Source: Octopus vulgaris (Eukaryota). Taken from it: a stretch of 64,000 nucleotides of DNA. Positions 13,410-26,225 of the stretch are shown piece after piece. The stretch lies in assembly GCA_951406725.2 (NCBI GenBank), contig OX597831.1:20522001-20586000 (forward strand), in the 5' to 3' direction. The notes under the pieces were generated by a model. That model was given only the letters and a program-made list of their open reading frames with translations, made no database searches and had not been told where the DNA came from. How positions within the stretch are numbered: position 1 is the first letter of the stretch; each line of letters opens with the position of its first letter. Position numbers and translations under genes: made by a program.

Positions 13410-15240
13410 TCTACCTTCATCTTCTTCAAAAGGTCTATATTCATGAAAATGAAAACTAAATTACTGAGTCGCTCTTTACTTTGGGAACACCTCATACAAT
13501 TATTTATTCGCTTTAATGAAGAAAGTTATATATTACAGGAAGCAGATGTTGTAGTTATTGCCAGAATCAGATGTAATTTTGTTACTCCCACCAGAGCTTC
13601 ATTTAGTTCAAGAATCTGTATTATATCTGCCACTTCTTGAATGTTTGACACTTGCTTTTCAAACTCCGCAGCATAAATTGGTTTTAGCTTGCATTTAAAT
13701 CCATCCAAATTTAATGTCTTTACAGACATTTAAAGATGAATATGCTTCCCTCAAAATTTTCAGATTCAACAATCCAAATAATCTGAATTAAAAAAAATTT
13801 AATCAATGGTGTTTTAACTTTTTTCTGTCTTTACTGACATCAACGTATCCCAAAAACCCATTTCCTGAGGCTTTTCCTTCTCATCGACAATTAAAAAATG
13901 TGTGACAATTGAGATTTCATTCGAAGGTCTATACTCTCATCAAACATAATTTCATGCAAAATGTTGTTAAACAAAGTTTTTAAAGCATCTTCTGGTAGTT
14001 CAGCGACACCACCCAGAGCCCGGCAGAAAAATTCTTCAAACTTGTTGTTCCTGATATTGTGATGAGCCTTATGATTTGAACCCTTTTCATTAAATTATCA
14101 GTTCACTATCATGAGTGAGTCATAGTTGGGGCACGTAATCATAACTTGAATACTTTTCTTTCGATCAGTTGGTTTGAAGGAGATCAGACTATCAGTTAGA
14201 ACATCATCACAAATGTCCTTGAGATTCGCTTTTTTCCCCAGTTAAGCATTTTAGCGTTAGAAATCAACCAGAGTTCTCATAGCATTCGAAGAGAACACAA
14301 CTCAGTTCTCGTCAAGAAAATCATAGACAAAATTTCAACAAGATTTGTCGGTCTCGTATCTTGAAGATAACTAATGGCCGAGCAATTACTGTTACGTCGA
14401 TCCCTATATCCTAGTCTCTCGACCAGTGAAGATTTAATAATTTATGTATTTATTGACGTTCTGCCTTTCTTTAAATGAATCTAATGTTTAATATTTTCTG
14501 CTTGAAATATATGCAGCGAGTCTAATCTCGATTAATATAACAATTACACCTACCTCTACAATATACACTAATTGCTTTTTGAATTTCTCAACCTCAAAAA
14601 TACACCGGGAAATATCAAGCGAAATATTTTGAAGAATCGAAAACAGAATCTCAGCCACTGAATATGGTTTGAAAAATCACAAAAAAATCTTCTAGGATTG
14701 CAATGAATGTCTCTACTCTTGGAAACTCAGAAGCAATCCATCGACGCGGATTTTGTAATATGGTTGAAAAAGTAATTTTGTTGGACGAAATGAATAATTG
14801 TCGAGATGAATAATTTGAATTGGGGTAACTTTGGAAAGCACTTTCCAACGGTTTCATCCAGTAGGGGTTATTCAAGCCGTCGACTTTGAGAAAAAAATCG
14901 AAATTCTTTTTAAAGTTTGGAAGAAAATTCGACATTCACAAACTCTTGAAACTGATTGAGTTCCAAATTAAGTGAATGTTTATAACAACTTACATCTTCT
15001 GTTAATGATGCAGCTTTTCTGTCTTTACTGACATCAACTTATCTCCTAAACCTTTCTTGAAGCCTTCCCTTCTCATCAACAAATAGCAAAACGTGTGACA
15101 GTTAAGATTTCACTCGATGGTCTGTAGTCTTACCAAACAACACAGCAACTATGAGGAAAGCCTCAAGAAAGTCCTCTGAATAGGCCAGTTTTTGATTTCT
15201 GCTACACAGGACGGTAAAAGCATCAGCACTTCAAGAGAAA
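13410..15240 (-). mobile_element. hAT transposase relic (ZMYM1-like), rearranged
   Basis: C-terminal dimerisation motif TTSASC...SSLKRINNCMRCSQSKERLSNL; TTD...VDEKGRLQERF..VDVSKDRK segment at about 15015-15140, with a second copy at about 13820-13945. Confidence 0.7.
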
Positions 15241-15299
15241 AAAGGTTGACAATGTGTCTGCTGGCTTAACACAACTGGAAGACAAGCAGTAAAATATCT

Positions 15300-15690
15300 G
15301 CTTTCTCTGTCTTTTTATTTCTTGACCACTCACTCACTCAATTTTTTTGTTTTTTCCCTCTTTTTGATTCGCCCTTCTCAAAAATAATAGAATACAAAGA
15401 AAATGACACCACTGCTCTTATTCTTATGACTGAAAGCAAACAGGAAAAAATATTTACTTTAATTTGCTTTTCTTTCTGTTGACCACTCACCCGTTTATTT
15501 TCTCTCTTTTGACGCTCCATTCCAGGAGAGAATAATAGAAAACGAAGAGACTAATACCATTGCTCTTACTGAGAAATTCACCTTTCTCTCTGTTGACCAC
15601 CCACTCGCTTGTTTTGTCTTTCTTGTTGACGCTCTCTCCTCAAAAGAACAGGAAAGCAATTAATTCACATCTTTTCTTGCAAAGCAAACC
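15300..15690. repeat. Three diverged tandem units (TTGACCACTCAC...AATAATAGAA...TGCTCTTA)
   Basis: TTGACCAC motif recurs at about 15321, 15479 and 15593. Confidence 0.6.
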
Positions 15691-16071
15691 GGAGCTTCCA
15701 CTACTTATACGCGTTAAATAATATCGATTGTTTACAATCTATACTAAGAACTGAAGGAATGCGAAATAAAAGTGAATATGACTGCAATGAATCTAGTGAA
15801 AATTATCAATAAGCAATTATATATAACCCCAAAATTATTTATCGTGGAAAAATAGTAAGGCATGCAGTGCCCATTGCCCCTGAACATACCTACCTCCCTC
15901 CCTCCCTCCCTCGCTCCCTCCCTCGCTCCCTCCCTCGCTCCCTCCCTCCCTCCCTCCCTCCCTCCCTCCCTACCTACCTACCTGCCTGCCTGCCTGTCTG
16001 CCTATCTGTCTGTCTGCCTACATGTATATATACACCCCACACGTCCACACACACTTAGAAACATACATACA

Positions 16072-17055
16072 TATTCACGAGCCCAACAACCCTGGCCGCC
16101 CCATCATATCCGCCTGCATCTGCCTCACGAAAATAACCTCCAAATACCTCGACCGTGTACTTGCTATTCTAGTGGCTTCCCTCCCCTCACATCCACGACA
16201 ACAATCATGTTCTCCGTCTGTTTAACTCGTTCTCGTTCCCTTCTGGGCCCCTCTCAACTTCTGTTCACTCTTGACATTAAAAGTTTGTATACGGTCATCC
16301 CACGCAACGAAGGGCTTCTCGCGCTTAAACACGTCCTTGACCTTCGGCTTCACCCTCAGCCCAATACCTTCACACTTCTTCGTCTGGCCGAACTTGTCTT
16401 CTCCCTCAACTGCTTCTCATTTGCGGAGCAGTTTTACAACCAAGTCTCGGGAATGGCCATGGGAACGAGAATGAGCCAACTATGCTAACTGTTCGTTGGC
16501 TACGTTGAGGCCCAAATATTCTCACAATTTACTGGTCCCACTCTCGAGCTATACCGTCACTATATCGATGACTGTATCGGTGCGACCTCACTCTCCCGCG
16601 AACATCTGGACTCCTTTCTCCCCTTTGTCCAGTCCTTCCATCCTGCTCTCGAATTCTACTGCACTATCTCTAACTCTTCCATCAAATTTCTCGACATTTC
16701 TGTCAGCATAAACCACTCCACTCTCACTACCTCCATACATTGCAAACACACTGACTAACATTCTTACCTTAACTTCTCTTCTGCTCACCCTACCCACACC
16801 AAGTTCTCCATCCTCTACTCTTAATTCCTCCGTCTCGCAGGCTAAGCAGTGATGACCATAACTTTGAAACTCAGTCTCAACTCATGGCTCAACACTTCAT
16901 CCAACGTGGCTATCTCATCACCATTATCCACACTTTCCTTTCCCAGGCACGATCCACAGATCGTGCCTCTGCTCTTTCACCTTGAACCCGCCCCACCATT
17001 ACTCCTCTCCCGTTCCCCTCACCTACTACTCCTCCATCCTACCCCTCCAGCACAC
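16072..17055 (+). pseudogene. Penelope-like element reverse transcriptase relic
   Basis: IHEPNNPGRPIISAC, LFTLDIKSLYTVIP, YNQVSGMAMGT, YANLFVGYVE (frameshifted), YRHYIDD, FLDISV, FIQRGY. Confidence 0.9.
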
Positions 17056-17074
17056 CATTCATTGAGGGGCTTCT

Positions 17075-17440
17075 ATCGGGAGTATACGCCCCCAGCAGCC
17101 AGACCACATTTACGGTTGATCTCTGGGGGTCCAGTCAGAGTGGCTGCCATAAGGAGTACACATCATCCGCCTCCAATTAGATCATACTACCAGAGCTTTA
17201 CCCTCATTCGACGCAGCAGATGCTGGCTGGAAGAGGCCTTGCGTCAGGTCTCGCACCGGATGTCTGTTCGTTTTATGGGAAGATTTCCTGAAGCTCAACG
17301 TCACCTTAGACGTTGCAGAAGGGCTGGCACATGACCGCCAGCAATGGAGAGAGCACTAGTGGATCTGGTCGGCTCTATGCATGATAGCACTTTTGGGATC
17401 ACTAACTTAGAATGACCTCAGCTCCATCAAGTAAAACCAT
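17075..17440 (+). mobile_element. RTE-type LINE 3' end
   Basis: AGWKRP..RSRT...EDFLKLNVTLDVAEGLAHDRQQWRALV, typical of an RTE ORF2 C-terminus. Confidence 0.65.
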
Positions 17441-17481
17441 GAAGCGATGGCAAACCAAGCCTAGCCAGAAGCGATATATAG

Positions 17482-18035
17482 AGGCGCATGTGGATGTGTC
17501 GTAAGATGTTTGCTTCTCAACCACATGGTTCCGGATTGAGTGTTACTGCGTGGTACCTTGCGTAGGTATCTTCTACTATAACCTCGGGCCGACCAAAACA
17601 TCTTGAGTGGATCTAGGAGACGGAAACTGAAAGAAACTCATCATGACTCTTATTTCTAGCAATGCTCTGGTACTACTTAGTACCCTCTGTGACTTTAGTG
17701 ACGTCTATAAATTTACCTTTAGGTTGTTAAATTGTTAATGATCCACACATATAATTTGTATGTATATATATATATATATTTATATACACATATATATTTA
17801 TATACCCATATAATTTGTATGTATATATATATATATTTATATGTGTGTGCATGTGTTTGTGTTTGTGTTTGTGCCGTTGTCTGTTTGTCTTTTTGTCTTT
17901 GTTTGTCCCTCACCACTGCTTGACAACTGGTGTTGGTTTATTTACGGCCCCAATAACTTAGCTGTTCAGCAAAATAACCGATAGAATAAGTACCAGGCTT
18001 TAAAAAATAATACTGGGGCCAATTTGTTCAACTAA
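17482..18035 (+). mobile_element. SINE family A, diverged and interrupted
   Basis: Head 17482-17640 and tail 17890-18035 match family A. Confidence 0.75.
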
Positions 18036-18049
18036 AATCTGTCTCTCTG

Positions 18050-18400
<351 letters not shown>

Positions 18401-19359
18401 ACATATTTTTGTCTCAGGTGGGAAGGGATGTGCGCATGATCCCTCATATGGCCTCTGAGACTTGTGGAAGCGAAGGAGGAAAGGGCATGGTCAAATTTAG
18501 GAATGAAGCTTCATCTTTAAACCTGCGATCTGGCCTTTAATGCTCGCAACAACAGATACAGGTGGAGGGACCTCTTTAAATGTCCCCCATCCACCACCAA
18601 AGTGCCAGATGTTGATATTAAACAAAATCTCGTATTATTTAGTCTACCAACAAATCAGTCACACTTTAATGTTAATGTTACCTTCAGTTTTTGTTTTTTA
18701 AATTAGTTTAGTAATTAGTTTTCAGAGAAAGGATATATTAATTTGTTATTCTTTTCCGAAATGGCCATCAAAGAATTGACCCCCCCCCGCCCGCGCCGGC
18801 TCTTCCTCCCCAGGCAACCAAATAACCAACCGCTTGCCGTCTGTATGACAACAAAGAAGACTTATATAATAGAAAACAACGACTATTTGCAAAACATAAT
18901 AAATATTCTTTGATATATTGTGGTAATACAAAATATGTCAATCGCTTCGACGAACTGTTCCCAGAACGAAAGAAACACATTGTTATTGCTGTTGTTTCTT
19001 TTTTAAATAGAAATATCAGTTTTGGTAATTATGTAATCTTTCCAATTAATTTTTTTAATAAAGAAAGAAAAAAACAAAAAAAAACAAAAACAAAAACAAA
19101 AAAAAACAAACAAAACTAAACCATAAAAATAAAAGCATAAGCAAAACAAAAAAAAAATCAATAATGACTTAGAAAGCTAAACTTATTAAAACACTCTAAT
19201 GGATTCGATTGTTAAAAGCCAATATCGATATAGTGTCTCGTCTCGTAGTTTTTATTGTCTTAGTTTCGTGTCAAGTCGAACAATTTGAATTTATTATGAT
19301 TTAACTGTGACGATGTTTCGTCACGCATCTAACGACGGCAATGAGCTGAGATCGAATTG

Positions 19360-19797
19360 TATTGGGTTGTCCGGAATGTTCGTGCCGATTTTAAAAGAAA
19401 GAAAAAGGTCAATAAATACTTGCTATTTGTTGCGTCTCCATCTTTCCTTTAACTTGAAAATACCCTCTTCCCAGAACTGAGGTGGTTTCATGGTAAAGAA
19501 TTCATCAAGGTATCTTTTTACGTCATCCAAAGAATTGAAATTTTTTACCATTAAGACTATTCTGCAGAGACCTGAATAAGTGGAAATCCGAAGGAGCAAT
19601 ATCTGGTGAATATAGAGGGTGGGGTAACACATCCCAGCCGAGCTGCAGCAATTTTTGCCTGGTTCCCAAAGGATCAAGCGCCGAAAATAAACTTTTTTGT
19701 CTTCCATTTTAAAGGGTTATAGGATTAACACAGGTTATAGGAACATAAACCTTCTTCCACGAAAAGACAGCTTAAACTGTGCCCTAAATGGAGGTGC
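19360..19797 (-). mobile_element. mariner transposon relic with 3' TIR
   Basis: TA-TTGGGTTGTCCGGAA TIR-like end; YSPDIAPSDFHLFRSLQNSLNG and FNSLDDVKRYLDEFF...FWEEGIFKLKERWR. Confidence 0.85.
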
Positions 19798-20214
19798 ATT
19801 TTATTCATTCGAGATCGATAAAATAAGTACCAAGATGAGCGCTGGGATCAATGTAAGCGACTACACTATCCCCTGATATTACTGTCCTTGTACCAAAATT
19901 TGAAATCAATACATTATTTATTTTACAACATCGAATGGGTATGAGGATGAGCCCAAATAAATTTAATGGCGGCTATAGGTAAAAAAATGGTTGAAAACTT
20001 CTGGTTTAACCTTTAAACGGCGAACATCGTCAACTGATGTTCCATTAGTGTACATAGGAAATCACTAACTGATGTCTCAAAACTTTTACATTGGTGGGGC
20101 CATTAACAGAAGAGAGTGAACTTGTCACAGCAATAATCCAAAAAGAGATTTTAAATTTGACTGCGTGAGAGAATAAAAGATTATTATAGTTTTGTACTTA
20201 TTTAAAGTAAAAAT

Positions 20215-20514
20215 GTGGAGGCACATGACCTAGTGGTTAGAGCAGCGGACTCGCGGTCGAGGGATCGCGTTTCGAATCTCACCCGAGCGATGTGTGTGTT
20301 TATGAGCGAAACACCTAAGCTCCACGCGGCTCCGGCAGAAGGTAATGGCGAACTTCTGCTGACCCTTTCGCCACAACTTTCTCTCACTCTTTCCTCCTGC
20401 ATCTTGCAGCTCACCTTCGACGGACCAGCGTCCCATCCAGGTGGGGAACCTATACGCCAAGGAAACCGGGGAACCGGCCCCTATGAGCCAGGCGTGGCTT
20501 GAGAAGAAAGAAAC
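20215..20514 (+). mobile_element. SINE family B, tail type 2, with TSD
   Basis: tRNA-Arg-like head; tail GACGGACCAGCGTCCCATCCAGG...GAAACCGGG; AAAGTAAAA duplicated at 20204 and 20515. Confidence 0.85.
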
Positions 20515-20862
20515 AAAGTAAAAGTAGGTATAAAATATACCCTTAAAAAAGAGATTTTTTTTGTTTGCTTTTTATCCGTTTGGAGCACACATTCAAGCAA
20601 AACTCTCTCGTTGTTTATGAGTTAAAATGTAAACATTAGAATTGTTTGCGTTCTTTAAAATGAGATACAGAACGTTTCGCTGTTATTTAAGCTAAATAAT
20701 ATTTACCTGAACAGATTAATACTAATAATATTAACATAATGATGAATAAGAAAAAAGAGCAGATAGTAATAAAAAAAAAAACACTCTTTCCTTTATAAAC
20801 TATAATCAATAAAACTACCTAATATAGCAAAAGTAATACTAAGTTTGTCCCTGATTCGAATT

Positions 20863-20908
20863 ATATATATATGTATGTATGTGTGTGTGTGTGTGCGTGT
20901 ATCTATAC

Positions 20909-20984
<76 letters not shown>

Positions 20985-21222
20985 ATATGTATATATATAC
21001 TTATATACATACTGGCCTACGTGCACATGTATCTATGTGCAATAACAAGTTAGATATTAGTAATACTTTTAGATCTGAACAAACTAAAGTTGATTATGGT
21101 AATTCGAAACTGCATATAAACTTAATAAATACATTATATTACATTTTAATTTAATATATATACTGCATCATATATAAACTTCAGATGATAATACTATACT
21201 ACATCCAATTCAATCAGGCATG

Positions 21223-21299
<77 letters not shown>

Positions 21300-21368
21300 C
21301 ATTTATATATATATGTATATATACATATATATATATATGAATATATACATATATACATATACATATAT

Positions 21369-21413
<45 letters not shown>

Positions 21414-21446
21414 CATACATACATATATACATATATATGTATACAT

Positions 21447-21498
<52 letters not shown>

Positions 21499-21541
21499 GC
21501 ATATTTACATTCAAACACACACACACACACGTATATATATA

Positions 21542-21577
<36 letters not shown>

Positions 21578-21670
21578 TACATATATACATACATACATAT
21601 ATGTATACACACACCACACACACACACGCATATATATATATAGACATGCACATTTACATGCAAACATACA
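20863..21670. repeat. (TA)n/(TACA)n/(CA)n microsatellite field
   Basis: Seen directly; source of the many YI-repeat ORFs. Confidence 0.9.
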
Positions 21671-21974
21671 TACTTGAATTTTCTATTCAGATTAGAAAAC
21701 GGAAAAGGGAAATGAAATTGTATGTAAATCGTTTCGTGGTTAAGAAGTTCGCTTCGCAATTACCTGGTATTGGGTTCGATTCCTCTGCACAGCAACTTGA
21801 GCAAGTCTATTCTCAATACCTGTGATTGGAATTTGATAGATGGAAATGTGCGGCAGTTCGTCGTACATACTCATATACATACACACACACGCAAGCAAAA
21901 AACACGTACAAATACACTCACACACCCACGCACTCACATATTCGATACACATACACACATATAACACACTCGAC

Positions 21975-22089
21975 GAAAGGAGGCAAATCGGTCGACTTTT
22001 ATACGGGGTCTGTGGATAAGTCCCAAGTTTTTGGTCAAAAATAGGAGGTCGGCTTTTACACGAGATCGGCTATAACTCAAGTATATAAG

Positions 22090-22090
<1 letters not shown>
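21975..22090. mobile_element. Tc1/pogo-like DNA transposon end fragment
   Basis: Repeated GGTCG(A/G)CTTTTA(T/C)ACG motif ending CTCAAGTATATAAGG. Confidence 0.4.
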
Positions 22091-22142
<52 letters not shown>

Positions 22143-22166
22143 TGTATCTATGTGTATATAAAGACA

Positions 22167-22410
22167 TACCACATGATCACGTGACCGACCAGACTATCAG
22201 ATTCTGCTACATATCGCTGGTCAAAATACGCTTTGCATTGTTTTAACCATCGAATGGCGCCACCCCGTTGGTTAGACGAGCAGGCCACCACGCCCTCTTG
22301 ATCGAAAAGGGATTGGAGCGACGTGAAATGAAGAGTTTTGCGTAAGAACACGACGCACCGCCCAGTCTAGGAATCAAACCCACGATCGTGAACTACCCAA
22401 GTGCTTAATG
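22167..22410 (-). mobile_element. tRNA-derived SINE (head type 2), diverged
   Basis: Minus-strand CACGATCGTGGGTTTGATTCC B-box, then GTGTTCTTACGCAAAAC...TTTCACGTCGCTCCA. Confidence 0.6.
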
Positions 22411-23008
22411 CACCATGGATCTGAGAGTACATACATACATACATACACAGATATATATTTACATATATATACACGCACACATACATTAACATGTATGTAC
22501 CTATCTATATATATAAGTATATAGAGACTCACACACATTAAAGAAACAGTAAACAACTTAGAATGATGTAAAAGCATTTACAATCGTTGGAACATGTTAA
22601 ATATGATTGTACTCGCTTACATTTCGGTCAACACCGCTAAATGCGCCTCTATTTAATTAATTCGAGCTTGATAAAGCTTAACGCACATCGGCAAAGGTAC
22701 AGTTTGTAGTTGTAATATAAGAACAACCTGTTCTTAGTTGTTATGAAAGATGCGGTGTCCGAAACTCACGACGCGCAACAACGCAGAAACGAATGCATTC
22801 AGGGATCTGACGACATCGTTCAATCGTGCCTTTTACAAATGAATTGCATATGATGTCTGCTAGGAGAACTTTTTCACAGTTTCTACAGCGTTTATCATTC
22901 AAGGTCGGAATGTATTGGAACATATATTAAAAATGATTGTACAGCCTTATGTGAAACCCTTAATCCAGACACGTCTTTTTCGTTTTCCTTTTTTTTTTCT
23001 TTCTCAGT

Positions 23009-23171
23009 TTGCTTGCTTCGTTCCTTTCTGTCGAAGACCGTAGGCTCGAAACGTCAAATAGATTTTTTCAAACTAATATACCTTGTTTGTTGATCCCTCA
23101 CCTCTCTATGTCTCTGTATCTTTTGTGTTTTGTACATTTGAACCACACACACACACATACGCACCCGCGCC

Positions 23172-23255
<84 letters not shown>

Positions 23256-23375
23256 ATGGGAAAGTTTACGAAAATAAACATATGACGAAGGCAGGTGGTG
23301 TACAAACAAACAGATGTATTAGTATAGCGCTCAGGAATAGAAAAAGTCTTTTACGTTTCGAGCCTACGCTCTTTC
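23009..23375. mobile_element. Tail-to-tail pair of PLE pLTR-like units with hammerhead-like motif
   Basis: CTTTCTGTCGAAGACCGTAGGCTCGAAACGTCAAA on plus (23024-23058) and an inverted partial copy (23258-23375) flanking (CA)n(TA)n. Confidence 0.6.
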
Positions 23376-23393
23376 TTGGATTATATATATATA

Positions 23394-23714
23394 GTGAGGG
23401 CGCGTGGCTTAGTGGTTAGGGCATTCGGCTCATGATCGTAAGGTTGTGAGTTCGATTCCCGGCGACGCGTTGTGTCCTTGAGCAAGACACTTTATTTCAC
23501 CTTGCTCCAGTCCACTCAGCTGGCAAAAATGAGTTGTACTTGTATTTCAAAGGGTCAGCCTTGTCACTCTCTGTGTCATGCTGATTATCCCCGAGAACTA
23601 CGTTAAGGGTACACGTGTCTGTGGAATGCTCAGCCATTTGCACGTTAATTTCACGAGCAAGCTGTTCCGTTGATCGTATCAGCTGGGACCCTCGTCGTCG
23701 TAACCGGCGGAGTC
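23394..23714 (+). mobile_element. tRNA-derived SINE, head type 2 with tail type 1
   Basis: TGGCTTAGTGG...GAGTTCGATTCCC, CORE-like TGTCCTTGAGCAAGACACTT; 3' part (about 180 bp) matches the tail of 3030-3230. Confidence 0.85.
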
Positions 23715-23718
23715 TTTA

Positions 23719-23790
<72 letters not shown>

Positions 23791-23960
23791 CTCCAAGAAA
23801 GTTAGGGGTTGTGAATCTAACCCACTAAGGGATAATATCTATCCAATATACTGCTGGTAGAATACCCAATTGTTAATACACAAGTGTTTTTTATTGCATT
23901 GCAATTACATTACCTAGTGTATTAAGTGGGTGAAGGTAAAGAGATATTTTACTATTAATT

Positions 23961-24064
23961 TATATCGCAAATAAGAAAATGGAAGAGAACAATAGGTGGT
24001 TCATCAACTTTTGGACGTTGATAAACCACCTATTGTTCTCCTCCATTTTCTTATTTGCGATATA
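23961..24064. repeat. Near-perfect inverted repeat (48-bp arms, 8-nt loop)
   Basis: Arms 23961-24008 and 24017-24064, two mismatches. Confidence 0.95.
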
Positions 24065-24068
24065 TATA

Positions 24069-24139
<71 letters not shown>

Positions 24140-24390
24140 TGTATAAGGCCTGCTCATATAGGCGCCAGCGGGGCGTCATTTGAAACTAAACAAAAGCACT
24201 ATGCGGAAGTACATTGTAATCAGTAATTATAACAACAATCATGACAATCTGATAGTGAAGGGTGAAATTAATTAATTTGGAATAATTATCAATTAGTAGT
24301 CTCCTTTAGTAGAAGAAATAGCTATAACTCTTTGACTGCTATTTCTAAATTCGGTATAAGGCAATTCGTTGCCAAACCCTTTATTGCTTA

Positions 24391-24425
<35 letters not shown>

Positions 24426-24426
<1 letters not shown>

Positions 24427-24600
24427 CGGGAAGATTTACGAAATTCAACTAAAGACGAAGGCAGGTGGAGTACAAACAAACAAATGTATTAGTATGGCGC
24501 TCAGGAATAGATATAGAACATGTCTTTTACGTTTTGAGCCTACGCTCTTTGACAGAAAGATACACAGAAAAAACAAGGAGAGAAACAAGGAGAGAAAAAA
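24426..24600 (-). mobile_element. PLE pLTR-like unit with degenerate hammerhead-like motif
   Basis: Minus strand TCTTTCTGTCAAAGAGCGTAGGCTCAAAACGTAAAAGA; 3' end abuts (TA)n. Confidence 0.6.
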
Positions 24601-24663
24601 AAGGAGAGAGGATATTTATATCTATACCCCCCACACATATATATACATATGTATATATACACG

Positions 24664-24970
24664 CGGAGGTGCAATGGCCCAGTGGTTAGGGCAGCGGACT
24701 CATGGTCGGAGGATCGCGGTTTCGATTCCCAGATCGGGCGTTGTGTGTGTTTATTGAGCGAAAACACCTAAAGCTCTACGATGCTCCGACAGGTGGGGGG
24801 GGGGCGACCCCTATTGTACTCTTTCGCCCCAACTTTCTCTCACTCTCTATTCCTGTTTCTTGAACAACGGTGCGACGGACTGGCGTCCCGTCCAGCTTGG
24901 GGGAACACATGCGCCACAGAAACCGGGAAACCGGGCCCATGAACCTGACTAAGCTTGAAAAGGGCGCATA
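24664..24970 (+). mobile_element. SINE family B, tail type 2
   Basis: Head as at 3421/20215; tail GACGGACTGGCGTCCCGTCCAG...GAAACCGGGAAACCGGG. Confidence 0.85.
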
Positions 24971-25014
24971 AATAATATATATATATATACATACATATAT
25001 AACATATATATGTG

Positions 25015-25063
<49 letters not shown>

Positions 25064-25199
25064 GTGTGTGTGTGTGTATGTGTGTGTATGTGCGTGCGTG
25101 TGTGTGTGTGTAGTGATAAATTACATAGTTATTGACGTTATGTCTATTTTCGGCATATTTTGGCATTAGAAATTTTTTCTTTTGCCCTTACTTATAAAT

Positions 25200-25240
<41 letters not shown>

Positions 25241-25244
25241 TAAA

Positions 25245-25326
<82 letters not shown>

Positions 25327-25329
25327 TAA

Positions 25330-25402
<73 letters not shown>

Positions 25403-25416
25403 GTATTTATATAATT

Positions 25417-25992
25417 ATTTTAAAGGGATCAGGAAAGAACCTTTCCGAACATGCTGAAAGAAAATGATAAAGGCGCCAAAAATCCACTGTGTTCTCCCCA
25501 AAACACGTGTTGTAAGGGAGGAAATCAAAAACACTAAAAACTTCACAGTAAATTGTGTATTGGGTCCAATTTTGGGATTATCTGGTGCATAAGCACGTAT
25601 GGACGTACGCCTTTGCTTCGTCTGCGTATGCATAAGTATCTGTGATTATATTTCTTTGGATATTGTTCTGAAGAGATGGGAAATAAGCTTTGTTTATTGC
25701 TATAATCCCGAAATTGAACCAATATGCAATTTACTGTGAAGTTTTATTTAGCATTTTTCATTTATTCGCTTACAACCAGTGTTTTGTAGGAGTGATATAA
25801 TGGTTTTTTTAGCATCTTTGGTGTCTTCTTTCAGCATGATGGAGATGGTTCTTTCGCGATCCTTTTAATATAATTTTATAACTGAATATATAAATATTAA
25901 TTTAGTATATAAATTACCTACAAGGTTTTATTTCATGCTGGCCAGTCGATATAATCATTAACGTGGTTTTATCCTGAATTCTATTAAGAATA

Positions 25993-25995
<3 letters not shown>
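25417..25995. mobile_element. Fold-back PLE-derived element in (TA)n with a hammerhead motif at 25662-25730 (+)
   Basis: Diverged inverted arms about 25417-25582 and 25702-25870; ATTGTT-CTGAAGA-GAT-GGGA...TCCC-GAAA-TTG-AAC-CAA-TA-TGCAAT. Confidence 0.65.
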
Positions 25996-26045
<50 letters not shown>

Positions 26046-26074
26046 CACATATACACACGCACAACATGTATGTA

Positions 26075-26225
26075 TATGGTTAAAATGTACTGAAAATAAA
26101 TGGACAACAAGTGAGGGAAGAACAAGCAGGAGTATTAGTTTGACGGTCGGAAAAAGTAGAAAAGTCTCTGACGTTTCGAGCCTACGTCCTTCGGCAGAAA
26201 GGGATGAGAGGAAGAAAATGGAAAG
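26075..26225 (-). mobile_element. PLE pLTR-like unit with hammerhead-like motif (CTGCCGA core)
   Basis: Minus strand CTTT-CTGCCGA-A-GGAC-GTAG-GCTC-GAAAC-GTC-AGAG at 26166-26201. Confidence 0.6.

Noticed and set aside
21070-21120. CTGAACA...GAAACTGCA possible hammerhead relic
   Set aside because: Multiple core mismatches and no stem I; indistinguishable from chance.
22580-22945. Imperfect direct repeat TTGGAACAT...ATGATTGTAC about 330 bp apart
   Set aside because: Too short and AT-rich to define an LTR or TSD; no other support.
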